From assembly GCA_021818465.1 (NCBI GenBank), contig JAKAEA010000001.1:41972-105971 (forward strand): DNA of 64,000 bases, in the 5' to 3' direction. This document shows positions 58,470 to 64,000 of the stretch, piece after piece. Under the pieces are notes generated by a model. That model ran no database searches. It was not told the DNA's origin and saw nothing but the letters and a program-made list of their open reading frames with translations. Numbering within the stretch: the stretch's first letter is position 1; the number at the start of each line of letters is the position of its first letter. Origin of the DNA: a bacterium (GTDB lineage Bacteria > Patescibacteriota > Minisyncoccia > Phycocordibacterales > JAKAEA01). A program made the position numbers and the translations under genes.

Positions 58470-58796
58470 TCACTTTTTAATAACACTATTTTTTACAAAC
58501 CGGCCTTTGGTAGTAAAGTAAACCCCCAATACTTCAACTGTCCAAGCAAAAGAATCAATAAAAGGTATGAGATCAAGAATAAAGCCCGATATGTATGATA
58601 TAAGCGGTCCTTTAGTAAATTTTACACCAAGTATTTTATACCAAAGCCAGAATACATAACCAACTGCTACATCAATACCAATATTAATCACAACACCAAC
58701 ACCAAGAAAATCGAGAATTAATTCAATGATATCTACCACAAAAGAAAACATCAACATAAGAATAAGCATTTCTATACCAATATGACCTCTAGACAT
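58470..58796 (-). CDS. small polytopic membrane protein
   Basis: Three hydrophobic helices. Directly downstream of VirB4. Confidence 0.3.
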   Translation of the reverse strand: MSRGHIGIEMLILMLMFSFVVDIIELILDFLGVGVVINIGIDVAVGYVFWLWYKILGVKFTKGPLISYISGFILDLIPFIDSFAWTVEVLGVYFTTKGRFVKNSVIKK

Positions 58797-58799
58797 ACA

Positions 58800-60629
58800 C
58801 TATGTGGTATTAGTAGACGGCTGAGGTTTGGTGCTGGACGCTAGTTCCGTCTTACTCTTTTTAATGGCAAAAATCTGAGATGGATCAGAAGTAATAATTT
58901 GATCTTCAGTGTATGAAGCAATAACCTTCAGAGCAACATGTTTGAGACCGGCAAAGAAAATTCCTTCCCCTACCCCAGATTCCAAGAGTAGATATTTTTC
59001 TTCGTCAGTAAGGTTGAACGTTTGTTGTAGTTTATCTATAGCAGTCGGCGATTGTTTGAGTAAAAATTGGATCGATGAGTTGGTAATAATAGGCACCCCA
59101 TATGGAGAACCGAGAAAATCGCCGACATCCTGGGTGATGGTTGCCACGCCAAGATAATATTTACGACCACGTTTAACTAGACTCATCAAAAATGAGGCAG
59201 TGTCTTCAGAGCGCATCATCCACCACGCTTCATCGATAACCAGGAGGCGTTTTTTAATGTCGCGGCGAATGCTGTTCCAGATGTAGTGGGTAATGATATA
59301 CATTGCAATCGGTTTCATTTCGTCTTCCATGTCACGCACCGAAAAAACGACAAACTTCTTATTCATATCGACATTGGAGGGATTATTAAGAAATCCTGCC
59401 CAGGTTCCTTTGGTGTATTTGGTAAGACGTTGGGCAAGTGATGCGCCACCCTCCATACCTGCTAGTACGAGTTCAAAATCAGAAAGAAGTGGCGGTTCTA
59501 TGTTGGTGAAATTACTCTCGGGAGTGATGTCTTTTAGGGCGTACGTTTCGCTGATGGCACGATCCACAATAGCATCTTCTTCTGGCGTTAAGCCGCCCAT
59601 CATCAAACGGAAAAGACCAACGAGGTTAATGATGTTGGAGCGTAAAATTTCAGCCGGAGATTCATCGGGTAAAATCGGTGGCAATTCAAAAGGGTTGATA
59701 TGGTGCTCTGAATTAAGAGAAATGTTAAAAAAACGTCCGCCGGTAGCGTTTGCCAAATATTCATACTCGTTTTCTGGGTCAATGGCAATAACGGAGGTGT
59801 CAAACATCAGGGAGCGTAAAATTTCCAATTTGGTCGCATACGATTTACCAGAGCCAGATTTTGCAAAGGTGATGGAGTTGTAGTTTTCCAAAGAAAAACG
59901 GTCAAACAAAACGAGCGATGAATTGTGACGATTAATACCATACAAAATCCCCTTATCAGACGTGAGGTCAAAAGATATAAAAGGAAACACACTGGATAAT
60001 GTTGAAGAGTTTATTTTGGAATTAACAGCAAGTTCGTCATTACCCAGAGGTATCATAGTGCGAAACCCAACCTCTTGTTGAAAAAGAGCTGGTTTAACGT
60101 AAATAAGTTTTGATTCTAAAATTGTTTTAATTTCCGATTCAAATTTATCAAGCTCTGTTTCATTATCGCCGTATACAGAGATATACAGGCCAACGTCAAA
60201 AAGTTTTTCTTGGGCCTGCTGAAGTTGGTCGCGAAGGTTTTCTAAATCTTGATACGCAGTATCAAGCATTGGATCGCGAACCAACCCTTTTTCTTCGCGG
60301 GTCGAAATCTGGCTTTCTACCTCCGCTACTTTTTTCTGAAAATGACGCAAAATGGTGGCAGTATCTATGGGGTGAAAAAAAATAGAAATATCAAACACCC
60401 TATCGAGATCAATAATAGGTGCGAACCAACCCTCAGACAAAAAACGCGGGTAAGAAATAACAAAAAATGTTCGCAACATTTTATCGCCAAGTGAAATTGA
60501 GCGTGGCGTTATTTTTAAGGCCGACGGTGCTAAAATATCCTTAAATTCCAAGTTGGAAGCTTGATAGAGCTGTGCCGGTAAGGCGACGTTTGCTGGTGCG
60601 ATTTTTTCTTTTTTCGAAAATCCAAACAT
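58800..60629 (-). CDS. VirB4/TrbE/TraC-family type IV secretion ATPase (C-terminal ATPase portion)
   Basis: Walker A (AKSGSGKSYATK), Walker B (LLVIDEAWWMM) and the VirB4 motifs. Confidence 0.8.
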   Translation of the reverse strand: MFGFSKKEKIAPANVALPAQLYQASNLEFKDILAPSALKITPRSISLGDKMLRTFFVISYPRFLSEGWFAPIIDLDRVFDISIFFHPIDTATILRHFQKKVAEVESQISTREEKGLVRDPMLDTAYQDLENLRDQLQQAQEKLFDVGLYISVYGDNETELDKFESEIKTILESKLIYVKPALFQQEVGFRTMIPLGNDELAVNSKINSSTLSSVFPFISFDLTSDKGILYGINRHNSSLVLFDRFSLENYNSITFAKSGSGKSYATKLEILRSLMFDTSVIAIDPENEYEYLANATGGRFFNISLNSEHHINPFELPPILPDESPAEILRSNIINLVGLFRLMMGGLTPEEDAIVDRAISETYALKDITPESNFTNIEPPLLSDFELVLAGMEGGASLAQRLTKYTKGTWAGFLNNPSNVDMNKKFVVFSVRDMEDEMKPIAMYIITHYIWNSIRRDIKKRLLVIDEAWWMMRSEDTASFLMSLVKRGRKYYLGVATITQDVGDFLGSPYGVPIITNSSIQFLLKQSPTAIDKLQQTFNLTDEEKYLLLESGVGEGIFFAGLKHVALKVIASYTEDQIITSDPSQIFAIKKSKTELASSTKPQPSTNTT

Positions 60630-60632
60630 ATA

Positions 60633-61280
60633 CTATTTTACATTTGTTAATTTTATAGGCTTCTCGGTTTCGCCAGGATTAAATAATTTATAGAAAAGCT
60701 CGGTAATTTCTTCTGGACCGAGTTCTACTGAGCGCAGACCACAGCTTTGTAAACCCTGCTCTACCACTGCCACGCGCTCTTCTAGTTGAATGCGTCGTTC
60801 CTCAAACGCTTCAGACTCCCTCTCGCTCGCATTTTTTGCTGAATTTTTACCGAATGGTAAAAATTTTCTTGCCGAACCCGTACCTAAAATTGTTGCAGAA
60901 TATGGTACTACAATAAAAAAACTTTTACTCATTATGTTGTGCGTTTCAGTAAAATCTTTAATAAAACCAATGTATTCGTTAATTTGAACTTTCATTAAAT
61001 CATCAACTTGTTGCTTCGATCGCTCTTCTAGCAGAGCGAGATACGGACGAATATCTAATTTTCGTGATTCTACGAAAATTTGAATAGTAAAATCAAGAGA
61101 ATTAAGAAGGTTTTGAAATTGGTAGAGTATTGATTGTTGCTCATCGGACGATTTAAGAGCGAAATTAGTAGCGGATACAAAAAGTACGGCCCTAAGAGAA
61201 CCATCTTTTAAAATTGCGGTGGTGTCGCGAATTTCTTTTATAGGAACAAAATCTTGCGTTGGACGACCAATGGTAGTCAT
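60633..61280 (-). CDS. VirB4 N-terminal domain-like protein (split VirB4)
   Basis: ILKDGSLRAVLFVSATNFALKSSDEQQ...LDFTIQIFVESRK resembles the VirB4/TrbE N-terminus. Same reading frame as the downstream ORF, separated only by TAG-TAT-ATG. Summed length is 824 aa. Confidence 0.45.
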   Translation of the reverse strand: MTTIGRPTQDFVPIKEIRDTTAILKDGSLRAVLFVSATNFALKSSDEQQSILYQFQNLLNSLDFTIQIFVESRKLDIRPYLALLEERSKQQVDDLMKVQINEYIGFIKDFTETHNIMSKSFFIVVPYSATILGTGSARKFLPFGKNSAKNASERESEAFEERRIQLEERVAVVEQGLQSCGLRSVELGPEEITELFYKLFNPGETEKPIKLTNVK

Positions 61281-61308
61281 ACTGCCTATTGTACCATTTT
61301 ATCATACA

Positions 61309-61740
61309 CTACGTATTAGTTTTGTTTCCGGCGGTTACGGGATTATTAGCTTCCCTAACATCAAGTGTCCAAGCGAGATCTTTAAGTTTGCTGTCAGAAA
61401 GTTTTGGAATAAATTCAGTTACCGAAACCTCCTCAGATTCTCTGGGTATATTTAATGGGCGTTCTTCTTTGTGCCATATATACAGTTTTGGATGAATAAG
61501 GTAGAGAACAAATGATTCTAGAGCATCAATAAAAGGTCGGTTATTAACTTTATAGAACGCTAAGGTTGCAGCCAGTGCAAGAATAAGAATTATTGGAATA
61601 ATAGAAATGTACAGTGGTAAAAAAAGATATAACGCAATGGATGCACCGATACCACCAGCAACATATAGGAATTGTTTCCAGGTTAAGGGGCCAAAAATTT
61701 TGTCCTCTACGTCGATGAATTGAGGTACTTGGTAACGCAC
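61309..61740 (-). CDS. VirB3-like small membrane protein
   Basis: Short cytoplasmic N-terminus followed by two TM helices. Conserved position upstream of VirB4. Confidence 0.35.
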   Translation of the reverse strand: MRYQVPQFIDVEDKIFGPLTWKQFLYVAGGIGASIALYLFLPLYISIIPIILILALAATLAFYKVNNRPFIDALESFVLYLIHPKLYIWHKEERPLNIPRESEEVSVTEFIPKLSDSKLKDLAWTLDVREANNPVTAGNKTNT

Positions 61741-61759
61741 ACTATAAGTATAGCATGCA

Positions 61760-62629
61760 CTACGACGTTGGTGGTTCGCGATATGGATCCGTGCCAGCAG
61801 GATATATGGGAGGCACGGCGGGTTTTGAGAATGGCGCAGCGCTCGATTTTTCTGTAGGTTCAGGCGAAACGTCTATCTCTTGGCGAGGAATGTTTACTGG
61901 GCCATTTAATTTTGTGAGTCCAATTGAATCATTTTTGCCGAGAATTTTATTAACTTCAGCATTTATATCAGTCATATTTACTGCGGGCCTCTCTTTTTGA
62001 GGAATCGTTGTGGAAATTGTGGTAGAGGTTGTTGTGGGTGCTTGGAGAATGGTGGTTGGTGGAAAAACGCCACCCGTATTTTCCGTTTCAGATTTTACAG
62101 CATTGAGCGCATTCAGTTTTTGAATGAATGAATCGGCGGCTGCGGTATCCGTGACTTTATTTTGAGTAAGATTTGAACGTGGCAAGACGGAGGTGTAGCT
62201 TGATGCTGGTTTTTCTACACCATACGCCGGAATGCCAACAAATTTTTTAATATCACCAAGAGGCTTCGCAGGTGCTGGTAATTCTTCGAGTACTTTATGG
62301 GGCACCTCCTCGCCGTTCGTTGTTTGATCAAATATTTCATACATTTCATCCAAAATCTTCTCCGACACTTCATCAAATAGAGTGTCGGCAATATCATCGC
62401 CAAATTCTAATTCTTCTTTAAGAAAATTAATAAATTCATCGGGCTTGGCAAGGCCAACTTCAAGCGCAATTAGCATTGTACGGAAATCTTTTTCATTTTC
62501 TTCGGGTATATCAAATTCATTAATGATTTCGTCCAGAATTTCAAATGTTTTTTCATGCATTAAATAATCCTTAACCGCATTAGGTAGTGCATCAAACGCT
62601 TCTTGAAGTTGGGTAAGTGTATACGTCAT
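61760..62629 (-). CDS. hypothetical protein (acidic N-terminal domain, Pro/Thr-rich C-terminal half)
   Basis: 289-aa ORF within the operon. Confidence 0.3.
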   Translation of the reverse strand: MTYTLTQLQEAFDALPNAVKDYLMHEKTFEILDEIINEFDIPEENEKDFRTMLIALEVGLAKPDEFINFLKEELEFGDDIADTLFDEVSEKILDEMYEIFDQTTNGEEVPHKVLEELPAPAKPLGDIKKFVGIPAYGVEKPASSYTSVLPRSNLTQNKVTDTAAADSFIQKLNALNAVKSETENTGGVFPPTTILQAPTTTSTTISTTIPQKERPAVNMTDINAEVNKILGKNDSIGLTKLNGPVNIPRQEIDVSPEPTEKSSAAPFSKPAVPPIYPAGTDPYREPPTS

Positions 62630-62633
62630 ATTA

Positions 62634-63899
62634 TTAAGGTGTGTTTGTTTGTTCGTTCAGTATCTTTTCAATATTTTCATATTGTTTAGGAGTTGCAGCA
62701 CTTGATTTCAAGAACTGTAGACCGCGCTTTGTTTTCGCTAGTGTTTTAATGACTGTCTTATCATTAAGTATATTGGGAGAAATGTGTTCAAAGACCTTAA
62801 ATTTTGTATTCTTTGTTATTTCTTCGATTCTGTCTTTATCGTTGGCATCAATAGCGGTTTGGAGATCGGCACCGATAATTTCTGCTTGTTCTTTATTCTC
62901 ATCAATTTTTTCATCATCTTTCTTTGTTTTCTTGTGAGTCGCCATATTCTCCACGGCCTTATCGTAGGAAGCAGCAGATTTACCCCCTAAAATGGAAGTG
63001 GGATTCATACCGCCGAATCTGTGTGCGCGTTCTCTTTGTCTGATGGCAAAAGCTATTTGTTTCGCCTCTTTTTCTTGCTGGATGGATTTTTGTGCGGCCT
63101 TCATTTCTTTATCGGCATTTCGATAGTTAGTAAGAGCGTCATTTCTAGCTTTTAGAATTTCTGATACTTTTTTATTACCAACAAAGCCGTCTTCTCGGAA
63201 TTTTTTAATGCGTTCTTTTATTTCTGCCTCTACCTTTTCACGGTCTTCACCTGTAGCGCCTCTATTCTCATTTTCAATGGTAGCGCGTATTTTAGCCTCT
63301 TCTGATCGTAAGGCTTGCGCATTTCTTTCCGCGACAGCAAGTTGGCGACCAGCGTTTTGTTTATTAAAACGTGTATTTCTTAAGCGCATCACTGATTCTT
63401 GCGATGCTCCGCCGCCTGCCGCATATTCTTTCTCGAGTTCTTCTGCTCCGCGCTCAATTTCTTTTATTCGTCCACCCTCTCCCCTGCCTTTACCAAATTT
63501 CATACCACTTTTTTCGCTCAGTTTTTTAACAGTCTGAGTATTGCGAAAATCAAAACTCGCTTTACTTGTTTGTTCAATACCCGCTGTGGTTACTTTTGCC
63601 AAACCTCGCACAATACCAAGTTTTGATTGTCTAAGGTCCCGTAGTTTTTGACCGGCTACACTTTCATCGCTAAGTAATTTGGCTGCTGTTCCGCCAATAA
63701 CACGTCTACCAGCACGACCCGTAACACTAGCCGCACCTCGTCCTGCTAGCCCTCCGGCAAAAGTTGCACCTCGTCCTACTAGCGTCCCTCCAAACTTAAA
63801 TGAGCCATTGACGGCGCCACTAGCCCAACCGGCGGCTTTGCCGGCGATCGATGCACCTTGAGAAGCATATTTAACAGCTATTAATAACGCGGCGTTCAT
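62634..63899 (-). CDS. hypothetical Gly-rich / coiled-coil protein
   Basis: N-terminal Gly-rich repeats and a long charged coiled coil. Confidence 0.3.
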   Translation of the reverse strand: MNAALLIAVKYASQGASIAGKAAGWASGAVNGSFKFGGTLVGRGATFAGGLAGRGAASVTGRAGRRVIGGTAAKLLSDESVAGQKLRDLRQSKLGIVRGLAKVTTAGIEQTSKASFDFRNTQTVKKLSEKSGMKFGKGRGEGGRIKEIERGAEELEKEYAAGGGASQESVMRLRNTRFNKQNAGRQLAVAERNAQALRSEEAKIRATIENENRGATGEDREKVEAEIKERIKKFREDGFVGNKKVSEILKARNDALTNYRNADKEMKAAQKSIQQEKEAKQIAFAIRQRERAHRFGGMNPTSILGGKSAASYDKAVENMATHKKTKKDDEKIDENKEQAEIIGADLQTAIDANDKDRIEEITKNTKFKVFEHISPNILNDKTVIKTLAKTKRGLQFLKSSAATPKQYENIEKILNEQTNTP

Positions 63900-64000
63900 A
63901 AGAGCTATTATGAGAATAAAAAAGAAGATTTGATCAAAAGCGCTACAGCTATTGCTATTAGAGGCACATGCTCCAAAAGTTGCGGTAGTGGGTGGAGTGG

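Noticed and set aside
60630-60635. Stop-codon reassignment explaining the in-frame TAG in VirB4
   Set aside because: Conserved full-length genes terminate with TAA, TAG and TGA (for example polA with TGA, ruvX with TAG, trxA with TAA) and contain no internal stops. A standard code is therefore most parsimonious, and the TAG is treated as a genuine split or a lesion.
1-64000. CRISPR arrays or cas genes
   Set aside because: No regularly spaced short direct repeats were seen. The only multi-copy repeats are the DGR TR/VR pair and the duplicated promoter-leader.

Overview
The window appears to be a low-GC (roughly 40%) Candidate Phyla Radiation / Parcubacteria-like chromosome segment that spans the replication origin. 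Gene content is compact and mostly housekeeping. It includes secE-nusG-rplK (with no rplA following rplK), trxA, htrA, a DEAD-box helicase, rplS, rpsT, ruvA, murE, fpg, polA, tsaE, pilB, ruvB-yebC-ruvC, tyrS, a class A PBP, and dnaN-dnaA | oriC | rpmH-rnpA-yidC. There are nine tRNA genes, a type IV pilus pilMNO cluster plus pilB, and a large minus-strand operon beside oriC encoding VirB4/VirB3-like type IV secretion components. The standout is a complete diversity-generating retroelement (DGR) at about 17.3-20.0 kb, assigned from recognised protein motifs, gene arrangement and the repeat alignment. It has a reverse transcriptase with the DGR-type IGxxxSQ...YADD motifs, a divergently oriented Avd four-helix-bundle gene, and a 122-nt template repeat (18751..18872). 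The cognate 122-nt variable repeat (19222..19343) sits at the 3' end of a target gene. The two repeats differ at 19 positions, and every one of them is an adenine of the template repeat on the coding strand. Next to the DGR are a paralogous gene and a small zinc-ribbon gene that share a duplicated promoter plus structured leader of about 125 bp, and the whole block abuts tRNA-His. Other notable points are a VirB4 gene split by a single in-frame TAG, a candidate structured RNA upstream of ruvB, several unannotated small ORFs supported by Shine-Dalgarno sites and terminators, and an AT-rich islet carrying an FkbM methyltransferase. All calls are made by eye from motifs and gene context; no searches were run.
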